64,000 bases of DNA, from assembly GCA_963751345.1 (NCBI GenBank), contig CAVVUS010000043.1, positions 1 through 64,000 on the forward strand. Direction: 5' to 3'. A model generated the notes under the pieces. It was not told the origin of the DNA. It ran no database searches and saw nothing but the letters and a program-made list of their open reading frames with translations. Made by a program: the position numbers and the translations under genes. The first letter of the stretch is position 1, and each line of letters begins with the position of its first letter. The stretch is from an uncultured Chloroflexia bacterium (GTDB lineage Bacteria; Chloroflexota; Anaerolineae; B4-G1; SLSP01). Positions 49,257 to 59,566 of this stretch are shown in pieces.

Positions 49257-51803
49257 TCACAGTATATCGACAGGGTCGATATCCACAATCCAGCCCGCGG
49301 GAATCCGGAGGGATCTGAGGAAGTCAGCAGGGGCAACGCTTCGCAGCAGGATCTGCCAGCGGTAGTGCCCGCGCACGCGGGCAAAGAACGCGGGCGCCGG
49401 GCCGATGAGGTCGGTGTGCGGCAGCCCCGCTTGAGTGAGCGCTTTACGTAGCTCGAAAGCCAGTTGTTCCGCGGCATGCCGGGCCTTGTCCGGGTCTCGA
49501 TGGGCGATGACCAGGCGGGCCAGCCGAATCGCCGGAGGATAGCCGGCCCTGCGCCGAAACGCCAGTTCGTGTTGTGCGAACGATTCGTAGTCGTGGGCAG
49601 CGGCGAACTGAATTGCATAGTGGTCCGGATGATAGGTCTGCATGATCACCTGTCCGCCGAGAATGCCCCGTCCCGACCGGCCTGCCACCTGGGCCAGAAG
49701 CTGGAAGGTCCGTTCCGCTGCCCGGAAGTCAGGGAGATTGAGCGCAGTATCGGCGGAGATAACACCGACGACGGTGACCTTGGGAATGTCGAGCCCGCGT
49801 GCGACCATCTGCGTCCCAACGAGAATATCGGCATCTCCCTGGGCAAAATGCTGCATGATCGCGGCGTGGGCGCCTCTGACGCGGACGACGTCCCGATCCC
49901 AACGCTGAATGCGGGCATCGGGCCACCTGTCGGCCACGTGGCTCACCAGCCCCTCGGTGCCCAGACCGAATGCCCGCACACGTCGTGACCCGCAGTTAGG
50001 ACACCGGTGAACGAGTTGCCGCTGATAGCCGCACCGGTGACAGACCAACGCCGACGCTTTGCGGTGTTGCGTCAGGGGTATGTCACAGCGCGGGCAGGTC
50101 GCGACCCAGCCGCAGTCTCGACAGAAGACGTACGTCGCAGACCCCCGTCGGTTGAGGAAAAGGATGACCTGCTCCCCACGCGCCAGGGCTTTATCGACCG
50201 CTTCTTGCAGCGCGCGGCTGAAAACGGCCCGGTTGCCGGACCTCAATTCGGCACGCATGTCGATGACGTCCACGGGGGGCAGTGGGATCGTGACGGCCTG
50301 CGTCGCTGCTTCCGACGTGGTCAGCCGCGCACCGGTGCCGGATACGTCGGCGAAGGGCCGGTACCGACTCTGCTGGAGATGCAGCACGCGCTGCCAGTCC
50401 GCGATTCGCTTGGCGTGGCTCAGCACGCGCGAGGGCAGTCGCAGCAGCCGATATCGACCTGTCTGCGCACGCCCATAGGCTTCCAGGGAGGGCGTCGCAC
50501 TGCCCATAATGAGAAGGGCGCCGTTGAGCCGCGCCAAATGCTCCGCCGCTTCTCGCGTGTGGTAGTAGGGCATCTGACCGTTCTTGTAGCTGGTGTCCTC
50601 TTCCTCGTCCATCACAATGAGCCCCAGGTCGGCAAAGGGCGCAAACAGCGCTGACCGGGCGCCGACGACGATGGATAGCTCCCCGCTGCGGACGCGCCGC
50701 CAGGTATCGTATCGTTCGCCATCGCTCATACCGCTATGCCAAAGACCCACCTGACCCGGGAAACGCACCACGAATCGACGCACGGTCTGGGGGGTCAAGC
50801 TGATTTCGGGAACCAGAATCAGCGCCTGCCTCTTTCGACGGAGCATCTCCGCCGCCGCACGCATATAGAGCTCCGTCTTGCCCGACCCTGTCACACCCAG
50901 GAGCAGCACCGGAGGAGGCGCCTGCACTCCCTGATCGACCAATGCCTGTAGCTCCTGCCATACAGCGCGCTGTCCGGACGTGAGCTGGGGCGGGCGATCC
51001 GGTGTGAATACCATCTCACCCAGCGGGTCACGGATCACCTCCTGGCGACTCCCGGTCACCAGCCCGCGCTCCTCGAGCTTGCGGATATGGTAGGTCCTCG
51101 CCCCCGTTTCGGCGCGGACGACACTGATCTCGACCGGCTCTGTTTCCCGCTCAAGGAATTCCAGGACCGACTCATAGAGATCCGTCTGCTTGAGCCTCGC
51201 CAGCCCTTCGCCCCACGTTTCCCTTGACGCTGCCAGCTGCACCATCGGCACCTTCAAGGGACTGACGTGGGGCATGCGCAGCAGACGCTCGACGGTGACG
51301 AGCCCTTTCCTCTTGAGATAGTAACGCGCTCGGGGAAGGTCGATCCCTTTCAGCGCAGAGCTGATCTGCGGGCCCCTCAAGGGCCCGCGATCGATGAGCA
51401 GCTGGAGCAGGGTCGCGGCCGGTGTCGGAACGTCCGGGGGCACGTGATTCACCCTCGCCGTCAACTTCAGATAGGCTTGGGGGCGCAGGCCGGGCGGCAA
51501 CATAAGCTGAACACAGCGGTGCAAGGGGGTCAGTGTCTCGCGCGACATCCAGCGAGCGAGCTGCAACAGTGACTCACTAAGCGCAGGCTCGGGCTCGAGC
51601 ACACTGAGGATCTCACGGGTATTCGGCACCGATGGCGCGCGGGAAAGCTCCATCACCATGCCGGGCAGAACCTGCGTGCGGAGTGGGACGACGACCAGAA
51701 CGCCGGGGGCCACGACCGGAGCCAATGCCTCAGGGATCTCATAGTCGAAAAACGGAGAATGGCGCAGCCGGATGGGCTGGAAGACGAGGACCTGTGCGTA
51801 CAC
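49257..51803 (-). CDS. priA: Primosomal protein N'
   Basis: GVTGSGKTE, VPEISLTPQ, GSATPS, LNRRG, four CxxC pairs, GTQMVARG and DIDP. GTG51803 start. Confidence 0.95.
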   Translation of the reverse strand: MYAQVLVFQPIRLRHSPFFDYEIPEALAPVVAPGVLVVVPLRTQVLPGMVMELSRAPSVPNTREILSVLEPEPALSESLLQLARWMSRETLTPLHRCVQLMLPPGLRPQAYLKLTARVNHVPPDVPTPAATLLQLLIDRGPLRGPQISSALKGIDLPRARYYLKRKGLVTVERLLRMPHVSPLKVPMVQLAASRETWGEGLARLKQTDLYESVLEFLERETEPVEISVVRAETGARTYHIRKLEERGLVTGSRQEVIRDPLGEMVFTPDRPPQLTSGQRAVWQELQALVDQGVQAPPPVLLLGVTGSGKTELYMRAAAEMLRRKRQALILVPEISLTPQTVRRFVVRFPGQVGLWHSGMSDGERYDTWRRVRSGELSIVVGARSALFAPFADLGLIVMDEEEDTSYKNGQMPYYHTREAAEHLARLNGALLIMGSATPSLEAYGRAQTGRYRLLRLPSRVLSHAKRIADWQRVLHLQQSRYRPFADVSGTGARLTTSEAATQAVTIPLPPVDVIDMRAELRSGNRAVFSRALQEAVDKALARGEQVILFLNRRGSATYVFCRDCGWVATCPRCDIPLTQHRKASALVCHRCGYQRQLVHRCPNCGSRRVRAFGLGTEGLVSHVADRWPDARIQRWDRDVVRVRGAHAAIMQHFAQGDADILVGTQMVARGLDIPKVTVVGVISADTALNLPDFRAAERTFQLLAQVAGRSGRGILGGQVIMQTYHPDHYAIQFAAAHDYESFAQHELAFRRRAGYPPAIRLARLVIAHRDPDKARHAAEQLAFELRKALTQAGLPHTDLIGPAPAFFARVRGHYRWQILLRSVAPADFLRSLRIPAGWIVDIDPVDIL

Positions 51804-51804
51804 G

Positions 51805-53091
51805 TTACCTATTTCCCTTGCCCCAGAGACTCTGGTAGATCCGGAGCAACTGCCGGCCCGTGCGCTGCCAGGAGAAATGCCGGGCTGCCCGATCTCGCAA
51901 CCGTACCCCCAGATCTTGCGCCGCAACGGGGTTCACGACCATGCTTTCAAGGGCACTTGCCAGGCCGTCCGCGTCACCCAGCGGAGAGGCATAGACCCCC
52001 AACGTCCCCAGATATTCCCGGCTCACCGGCGTATCGTAGGCCACCACGGGCAGCCCCATCGCCATATAATTCAGGATCTTTCCGCTGCCCTCCGTGGCGG
52101 AGAGCTTGGGCGCCACGGATACATCTCCAAGGGCCAGATACTCTGGGGCCTTCTCATAGGGTATCTTGCCCGTGAAGATCACGTCCTCGGGCGCCAGCCC
52201 AAGGTCGTGAGCGTAAGCGCTGTACCCTTCGACGTCGGGAAAACCCATGACGAGACACGAAACCGGGTGCTGCCGGGACCGTAGCCGGGCAAGCGCCTGA
52301 AGCAACTGTGGGATCCCCTGGTAATCCGCCAACAGTCCCAGGTAGACGATGACGGTACGGTCGCGGGGAATGCCCAGTCCGGCGCGCCGTTCGGCCCGCA
52401 CGTCGGGAGCCAGGCAAGTGGGGCAGAAGAAATCTAGGTTCACACTGTCGGGGAGCGGGTAGACCGACTCCGTGCGCCCGAATCCCCGCGCCAGCAGGGC
52501 CGCGCTGTGGGTCGTACTCGTGACGACTGCATCGGGCATCTCGATGATCCACGCCTCCAGGCTCCGCCACCAATCGTAGGCCAGCGTGTCTCGCTTGACG
52601 AAACCGTGATCGAGCATTTCACCCGTCAGGCTGCCCTGCAGATCGAAGACGACCGGAGCGCCGACGAGCCGCCCGACGATGCTGCCGATCAGCGCGCCCT
52701 CGTGAAGATGACCGTGAATCAGGTCGGGCCGCCAGGCCAACGCCGCGCGCAGCACCCTTCCAAAGAGCAGCGCATCAAAGACGATCTTGTGTCGCGATGA
52801 CCCCACTTCGTAGTCCGCGCGCCAGGGCGTGGGGCTGGAGCGGACGATGTCGAGGCCGGGCCAATCGCGTCCCAGGTAGTAGGTGGCGATCCGGACCTGC
52901 TCGCCGCGTGCCTGCAGCGCGCGGGCCTCCTCGAGAATGCGGACGTGACACCCGTAGTCCAGGAAGAAGGACGTAGGCGCCACCATCAGAATCCGATGGG
53001 GGACGTTCTGGCTCTCTCCCCCTCCGGGGGAGGAGCCGGGAGAGGGGTGGGAGGGGACGTTCCGTGGGGTGCGATCGCTCGTCGTCGCCAT
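51805..53091 (-). CDS. Glycosyltransferase family 4
   Basis: GT-B fold, YLGLLADYQG and EGSGKILNYMAMGLPVV. Confidence 0.88.
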   Translation of the reverse strand: MATTSDRTPRNVPSHPSPGSSPGGGESQNVPHRILMVAPTSFFLDYGCHVRILEEARALQARGEQVRIATYYLGRDWPGLDIVRSSPTPWRADYEVGSSRHKIVFDALLFGRVLRAALAWRPDLIHGHLHEGALIGSIVGRLVGAPVVFDLQGSLTGEMLDHGFVKRDTLAYDWWRSLEAWIIEMPDAVVTSTTHSAALLARGFGRTESVYPLPDSVNLDFFCPTCLAPDVRAERRAGLGIPRDRTVIVYLGLLADYQGIPQLLQALARLRSRQHPVSCLVMGFPDVEGYSAYAHDLGLAPEDVIFTGKIPYEKAPEYLALGDVSVAPKLSATEGSGKILNYMAMGLPVVAYDTPVSREYLGTLGVYASPLGDADGLASALESMVVNPVAAQDLGVRLRDRAARHFSWQRTGRQLLRIYQSLWGKGNR

Positions 53092-53103
53092 ACTACCTGG
53101 AAG

Positions 53104-54163
53104 CTATTCTTCGGAGTCCCCGACAATGCCGCCGCCGAGCAGCGACTGAAGCGTCCGCGAGAATAGACCCCTCTGCGTCATCGACTGCGGCCCAAGCTGC
53201 CAGGAACGCGTCTGGCTCTGCAGCATCCAGGTCGCCCTGGCCTCACCGGCAGCGGCGAACTGAGCTTCCAATGTGGCAGCATCGCCACTCGCTACCGCCG
53301 CTCGAAGCTGGGCCAGTCGGGTCGCCACCTCGTCGATCCCTCGCAGCACCGTCTCCCGACCAAGCAACGCACACATCCGCTGCGACTCAATATCACCCGA
53401 AACCCCCGCCGTTGCCGTGGCAAACTCACGCCCCGCCGCCTTGCGGACCTCTTCCCATCCCGGGCGCTTCCGAGGTGGCCTGGACAAGCGAGATCGCCAT
53501 CAATGCCGGAACGGTCCCGGCGATCAAACGCACCGCATCGTGCTCGGCTGGGTCCATAAACAGGGGTGTGGCGCCCAGGACCAATGCCAGGTTGGCAATC
53601 GTCCGAACCGCACTCGGATGATCCTGCGCCCGGGCCGCGATCGCGTAGACGGCCTCGTGGAAAAGCTTCTCGCTGGCGTCATCCAGCCCGCGTAGCGGCT
53701 CCCAGCCGCCCACTCCCGGCGCCAGAAAAGGGTCGCCGCCCACGTAGTGGACACTCGAAGGCAGCGCTGACTGCGCCCAGGTAATGGCAGGTCCCTTCAA
53801 CGGCCCAACGTCGGTGACCACCACATCATGACCCGGCTCCAGGAGTCGCCCTACATCCTGCAAGACCTCCCGCAGCGCCGAAAGCGGCACGGCCAGGATG
53901 ACCAATTGGGCACCTCTCAGGGCGACGTCGAGGTTGACCGGCGTCGCATCGAATGCCCCCATCTTCTGCGCCTGGCGCGCACGCCCCATATCCCGGTCAT
54001 GCCCGACCACCTCCAGGTGGTCGGCATCCCGAGAGTGTCGCAGGGCCAACCCAATGGAGGTCCCGATACAGCCGGTCCCCACAATCGTGATTCGCTGGCG
54101 CCCGCCAGGCTGCTGGCGCCCGCCAGGCCCTGGCACGCGCCCGCGTGTTCGTGTCTCGGCCAT
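53104..54163 (-). CDS. Prephenate dehydrogenase-like protein (frameshift near 53455)
   Basis: IVGTGCIGTSIG, ILAVP, TDVGPLK and AEHD. Divergent at the usual GHP motif (GGDP). Confidence 0.7.
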
Positions 54164-54217
54164 GGTTCGGCTCGTTCCCTCAGACTATGTGTTCGTGGTC
54201 AGCCGACCACCACAATA

Positions 54218-54758
54218 CTAAACTGCACTCTCGTCCGCCATCTGGAGCGCTTCTAACAGGGGATCGGCGCCAGTGCCCGCGGGGTCATGGTGCTGTCGAA
54301 TCAGGGCCACGGTTTGGGCCGCAGGCGCCGGCTTCGAGCCGCCAATTCAGCCCCCCAAGCCATATGATACTGCCGTACGACAAAACCGCGGCGTATCCCC
54401 TTGACGTCGGCGGAGCTGGCCCCAAGGCTTCAGCCCACTTCGGAAAGAGGTGTTCCACAAGACCACCAGCACGCGCTCCCACAAGCGAGGCGGAGCGACG
54501 GTCTTGCCCACGTCGTGCAGCAACGCCGCGACGAGCAAGTTGGAATCGGCGTATCCCTGGCGCTCCAGGGCTTGGCATACACGTAAGCCGTGGCGTTGCT
54601 CGAACCGCGGCATCGTGCGAAAGAGCTGAAGCAAGGCTATCGGGTCTTCTGTCTGGCTGAGATGCGACGAAACGTAGGAGATGTCGACGGGCTCGAACCG
54701 TCGCTCGCACCGCGCCCGCGAACTGAGCCACACGATACCGGGCGCGCTCTATGGCCAT
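54218..54758 (-). CDS. HD-domain protein (several frameshifts)
   Basis: EQRHGLRV..ALLHDVGK, and a C-terminal LIRQHH..LQMADE in another frame. Confidence 0.65.
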
Positions 54759-54762
54759 CCCC

Positions 54763-55408
54763 TCACGACAGAATGATGCGATACAGGAACTGTTGAAGAG
54801 GGTACACCAACAGCCCGACCAGATTCACCCCTAACTGCGGCAGTATGAAGAGCACTGCGATCAGGATGTAGATCGCATAGGGCTCCATGCTTTCGATGAA
54901 AGTCCCCAACGCGCGGTGGCGCCACGCCGGCCAGCACCCGGGATCCATCGAGGGGCGGGATAGGCAGCAGATTGAAGGCGGCGAGGCCGATATTGACCTG
55001 AATAGCCGCGAACAGGACCTGCGCCAGCCGAAGGCCCTGGCTGGAGCCGAGCGCACCCAGCAAGCCAAGACGAATGGGAATCACCAGAACCATCGCCTGG
55101 ACGATGTTCGAGACAGGGCCCGCCAGGGCCGAAAGCGCCATCCCCAGCCGCGGGTTCCGCACTCTGTGCATCCGGTAAGGGTTGACCCTCGCCGCGCGCC
55201 CCCACCCAAACCCGGTAAGCAGAATCGCAAGCGTGCCGATGGGATCGAGATGCACGAACGGATTCAGCGAAAGCCGGCCCTGCATCTCAGGCGTCTCATC
55301 GCCCAGCAGATGCGCGACCCATCCGTGCGCCCATTCGTGAATGGGAATACCGAGAAAGATGACCAGAAGACGACCAAGTAGAACATCCGCAGTGATCCCC
55401 AATAGCAT
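54763..55408 (-). CDS. Site-2 protease, M50 family (frameshift near 54905)
   Basis: HEWAH, LNPFVHLDP, AGPVSN and FNLLPIPPLDG. Confidence 0.88.
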
Positions 55409-55590
55409 GGCGCTGTATCTCCATTAAGTAGCTCCTACCTCGTCGTTGCTACGGCAACAGGCGCAGCGCAGGAGCCCGTATGTAACCTCATTGTGTCACA
55501 TAATCAAGGTTTTTCAACATTCGTGCTATAATCCCGCCACAGCGTCCATTTCTATTGGATCAAGGACGCACAGCGTTAGGAGTTGAATCA

Positions 55591-56600
55591 ATGAAACTCG
55601 TGATCCCAATGGCAGGATTGGGAACGCGGATGCGCCCACATACGTGGTCGCGTCCCAAGCCGCTACTACCCGTAGCCGGCCGCCCGATGCTTGCTCACAT
55701 TCTGGAGCGCTTTCGAGATCAACCTATCGACCAGTACGTGTTCGTGGTCGGTTGGCTTGCCGATCAGGTCCGGGAGTACGTCAACACCCATTACGATGTG
55801 CCGGCAGCCTTCGTCAACCAGGACAAGATGCTGGGGCAGGCCCATGCCATCTGGTTAGCAAGGGAACACCTCGAAGGCCCTCTCTTCCTCATGTTTGTCG
55901 ACACGCTTTTCGACGACGCCGACTTCTCAGGCCTGGATCAGGAAGGTCTGGACGGTATGATCTTCACCAAGGAGGTGGAGGACCCCAGGCGCTTTGGCGT
56001 GGTTGAGACGGACAGCGAGGGACGCGCAACAAAGCTTATCGAGAAGCCGGATACCGTGGAAAACAAGACGGTGTTGATGGGGCTCTACTACTTCCGCGAT
56101 GGGGCTTGGTTGGCCCGAGCGTGCAAGGAGCTGATGGACCGCCAGATCAAGACAAAGGGCGAATACTATCTGGCAGACGCGGTCACCTTGATGATCCAGG
56201 AAGGCGCCAATTTCGGGACCCGACCGGTTGGCGTATGGAAGGACACCGGGAAGCCTGAGACGACCGTTCGACACGCACCGCTACCTGCTCGACCACGGGT
56301 GCGATAACAGCTACATGACGCCGCGCCCCGGCGTCGCCATTATCCCCCCCGTCTTCATCCACCCGCAGGCCATCGTCGAGCGATCGGTCATCGGCCCCTA
56401 CGTGTCGGTAGAGAAGGACGCCAGTGATCCGTGACAGTGTGCTGCGGGACACCCTCATTGACGAGGGTGCGCTACTGGATGCAATGACACTGGAAATGTC
56501 CATCGTGGGGCGTTGGGTCAAGCTGGACGGGAGATTCCAGACGCTCAATGTGGGAGATTCTTCTACAATGGAAGCCATATCTGACGAGGAGCAAGACTGA
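55591..56600 (+). CDS. Sugar-phosphate nucleotidyltransferase (frameshifts near 56270 and 56420)
   Basis: PMAGLGTRMRP, PKPLL, DPRRFGVV, GEYYLAD and a C-terminal left-handed beta-helix. Confidence 0.85.
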
Positions 56601-56602
56601 CC

Positions 56603-57772
56603 ATGCCAACTACACCTTACGCATCGAAGAGAGCCCTGCAGATCCCGCCGTCCGGCATTCGCAAGTTCTTCGACATCGCGGCAACGATGAAGGACGTGAT
56701 CAGCCTCGGAATCGGTGAGCCGGACTTCGACACACCCGAGCCTATCGTCCAGGCCGGCATCGAGGCGCTGCAGCGTGGGGAGACCCACTACACGTCAAAC
56801 TCCGGATTGCTGGAACTACGTGAGGCCCTTGCAGCGCATCTCAACACCCTGTATGGCGTCACCTATGATCCGGGACAGGAGATCCTGGTGACCGTTGGCG
56901 TCTCCGAAGCGCTCTATCTCGCCATGGCTGCCGTATTGGACCCTGGCGACGAGATCATTATCGCGGAACCCTGCTTCGTCGCCTATGAACCAACGGCATT
57001 GATGGTGGATGCCACGCCGGTCATGATTCCCACGACGGCCGAGGACAATTTCCAACTTACGGCCGAAGCCATCGAAAAAGCCGTCACACCGCACACCAAG
57101 GCCCTGCTACTGGCCTCGCCGAACAATCCCACCGGCGCCGTCATTGAGCGCGAGCAACTCGAGCGCATCGCCGAGGTCGTAGCCAAGCATGACCTCATCG
57201 TCATCTCCGATGAGATTTACGATCGGCTGGTCTACGGGATCGAGCACGTCTGCTTCGCCAGCCTGCCCGGGATGTGGGAACGCACCATCGTGCTTCAGGG
57301 CTTCTCCAAGGACTATGCGATGACGGGCTGGCGGGTGGGGTATCTGGCAGCGCCCGCAGCGTTGGCGGCCGAGATTCGCAAGCTTCACCAGTATCTCATT
57401 ATGTCCGCCCCCACGGCCTCCCAGTGGGCCGCTTTGAAGGCCCTGGAGATCGGCGAACCCTTCGTAGCCGCTATGCGCGCGGAGTACGATCGGCGACGGC
57501 AGTTGATCGTGGGCGGGCTCAACGACCTGGGGATGGGATGCACGGAGCCTCACGGGGCCTTCTATGCCTTCCCCTGCGTCGAAGCGGCCGGCATGGATGA
57601 CGAGATGTTTGCCGAGCGCCTCTTGGCGGAAGAGCAGATCGCGGTCATCCCAGGAAGAGCTTTTGGTGCCTCGGGCAAGGGCTACGTCAGGATGTCGTAC
57701 GCCACCGCCTACGAGAAGATCGAGATCGCCCTGGAGCGCATCGGTCGCTTCGTCCAACGACACGGCGGGTAG
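56603..57772 (+). CDS. PLP-dependent aminotransferase class I/II
   Basis: LGIGEPDF, PNNPTG, SDEIY and SKDYAMTGWRVG. Confidence 0.92.
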   Translation: MPTTPYASKRALQIPPSGIRKFFDIAATMKDVISLGIGEPDFDTPEPIVQAGIEALQRGETHYTSNSGLLELREALAAHLNTLYGVTYDPGQEILVTVGVSEALYLAMAAVLDPGDEIIIAEPCFVAYEPTALMVDATPVMIPTTAEDNFQLTAEAIEKAVTPHTKALLLASPNNPTGAVIEREQLERIAEVVAKHDLIVISDEIYDRLVYGIEHVCFASLPGMWERTIVLQGFSKDYAMTGWRVGYLAAPAALAAEIRKLHQYLIMSAPTASQWAALKALEIGEPFVAAMRAEYDRRRQLIVGGLNDLGMGCTEPHGAFYAFPCVEAAGMDDEMFAERLLAEEQIAVIPGRAFGASGKGYVRMSYATAYEKIEIALERIGRFVQRHGG

Positions 57773-57809
57773 CATCTCCGGTCCCCAAAGGACGCAGGAC
57801 GGCTTTCAC

Positions 57810-58046
57810 TCATCGCGCCCAATCAGATAGTCGGAAAGCCTGAGGATAAGCCATATCGCGATGACCATCACAACGCCGGGGACCAAACAGATCAACGCCG
57901 TGATCAGCGACGACCATCCGTAGATCAGAGCCGATAAGGACGCCACCGCCGACCAGGAAGACGAGGACCATGCCAAAGATGAGATTTCGCTCGGCCCGCC
58001 GCCTCACTTTGCGCATATCGGTCGGTTGATTGTGCCAGCCGCCCAT
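57810..58046 (-). CDS. Small membrane protein (possible frameshift)
   Basis: RBS GAGGA, basic N-terminus, then a TM helix. Confidence 0.5.
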   Translation of the reverse strand: MGGWHNQPTDMRKVRRRAERNLIFGMVLVFLVGGGVLIGSDLRMVVADHGVDLFGPRRCDGHRDMAYPQAFRLSDWAR

Positions 58047-58077
58047 CAGGTCCTCTCTCCATCAGCATTCCTGAGAT

Positions 58078-58110
58078 ACCGATCCCCCCGGATATACTGG
58101 GGGGATCGGT
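58078..58110 (-). terminator. Hairpin after the baeRF gene
   Basis: ACCGATCCCCCC...GGGGGGATCGGT. Confidence 0.6.
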
Positions 58111-58137
58111 TGCTGACTTAGTTCATCCGGAGGACGG

Positions 58138-59243
58138 TCAGTAGCGCAGGAGCGCGCCAATCCGGGCGTCCTCCATCTTCTCTTCGTCGACGACCTCGAC
58201 ATTACCACCCTTGTCCACAACCTGTGTGACCACAGCTTCGACGGCATCAGGGATCTCGGTAAACTCGCTGCCGCAGAAGAGACACTTATCCAACTGCTGC
58301 GTGGTCAGATAGCCACAGCCTGTGCATTGATAGCCGGGCTGATGGTAGTCACGCTCGACCAGCAAGACCTGCACCCGGCCCTCATTTGCCATACTGAGAG
58401 TCTCATCCAGCCCAACCACGCCGTTCATCCCTTTGGCTGCGGACGTCACCACAGTATCGACGACCTTCTGGTGGCGCTCGTCTTCCAGACCCTCTCAGAA
58501 TACGATGGGCGTGCTCGCGAACCTCGGACTCCCCCGCGTCGATGTCAGACGGGAAAGTTCCCACCACGAGATCACGCAGGGAGCCCGGCAGTACGTCCAT
58601 AAACTGGGCGACCGTGGATTCCGAGCCGGCCAGGATGATCTGTCGGGGCTGATGCTTCTGACAGTAGTCAGCCAGATCCGCAGCGATATCCTTCAGGTTG
58701 CGCTGAACCAGCTCGGCTTCGCGCCGACCTGAAGCCTGTGACCCGCCACGCATCCCGTGAACCGACGACCCCCGTCCCATTCGTGTCCTTCGAACGTCCT
58801 CTCCTTCAACCCCTTCGTGGTTGACCAACTCCCCCATCTGAAACGTGTAGAATGCCCCTGCGTGTCGATCCACTACAGCCACGACATAAGTGACCGTAGA
58901 GCCCGTCAAGCTCGACCAGCGGGGAAATGTAAGGCCGCCGTGCGACAGTGACCCCTGAACGTACCGAAAAAGCAAGCGGGTAGGCGTACCATGTGTCCTC
59001 TACCGCTCGCGAGAAAATCGCCAGGCCCCGACCTGACCAGTCGTAATCGTATTCAACGTACCGTTTGACCGCCTCGATATCCTCGGAGTCCACTTTCCCG
59101 CTCACTTGCTTGAGCAACTCGCGAAGCTTGAGCTTGTACTCCTCGGCCGTACGCTGTGTCGGGTCGACGTTCAGGTACACACTTAGTATTGGTCCTTCCG
59201 TTTGGACGGAAGCCAATTCCTTCAGCGCCCCTTCGTCAAACAT
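58138..59243 (-). CDS. Bacterial eRF1/aRF1-like release-factor family protein (baeRF type) with Zn ribbon (frameshifts near 58895 and 58495)
   Basis: LSVYLNVDP, GLAIFS, PYISPL, IILAGS, EGRVQVLLV, CTGC..CLFC and terminal IGALLRY. Confidence 0.78.
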
Positions 59244-59513
59244 AGTTACATCCTCCCATAGGTAGTTTTCCAACTCTGTAAGTCCACATTGTCGAGAGCC
59301 CGTTCTCCCGATAATACCTCCCTTGATGAACAGTTTTCGGTTTCCACTACCCGGTCAACGTTGCATTTCTGCGCCCTTTGGACGCTGTAAGGCCTATAAA
59401 ACGCAGACTGCGGGTAAGCTTTTCAGCCGCCCCGCAGTCCCAGAATATTCGCCTGTGAGAAATGTGCCTGATGCTGTTCGCATACGCCACCCTCAATCCA
59501 GGGATTTGCCTAC

Positions 59514-59542
59514 ATTCTACGGACGTAGGGACCGGTTGTCAA
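59514..59542 (-). promoter_or_regulatory. Sigma70 promoter about 270 nt upstream of the baeRF gene
   Basis: Minus strand TTGACA(59542-59537)-N17-TAGAAT(59519-59514). Confidence 0.65.
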
Positions 59543-59566
59543 GATGACTTATATCCCGCCGGGCGC

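Noticed and set aside
54094-54128. 17-bp direct repeat GCTGGCGCCCGCCAGGC (two copies, 18-bp period)
   Set aside because: In-frame duplication (PGGRQ twice) in a disordered N-terminus, only two copies with no spacers, so not CRISPR.
59470-59512. c-di-GMP-I riboswitch (GGCAAA start on the minus strand)
   Set aside because: Lacks the GAAA tetraloop and the GACGCAAAGC/CTAA elements, so the resemblance is superficial.
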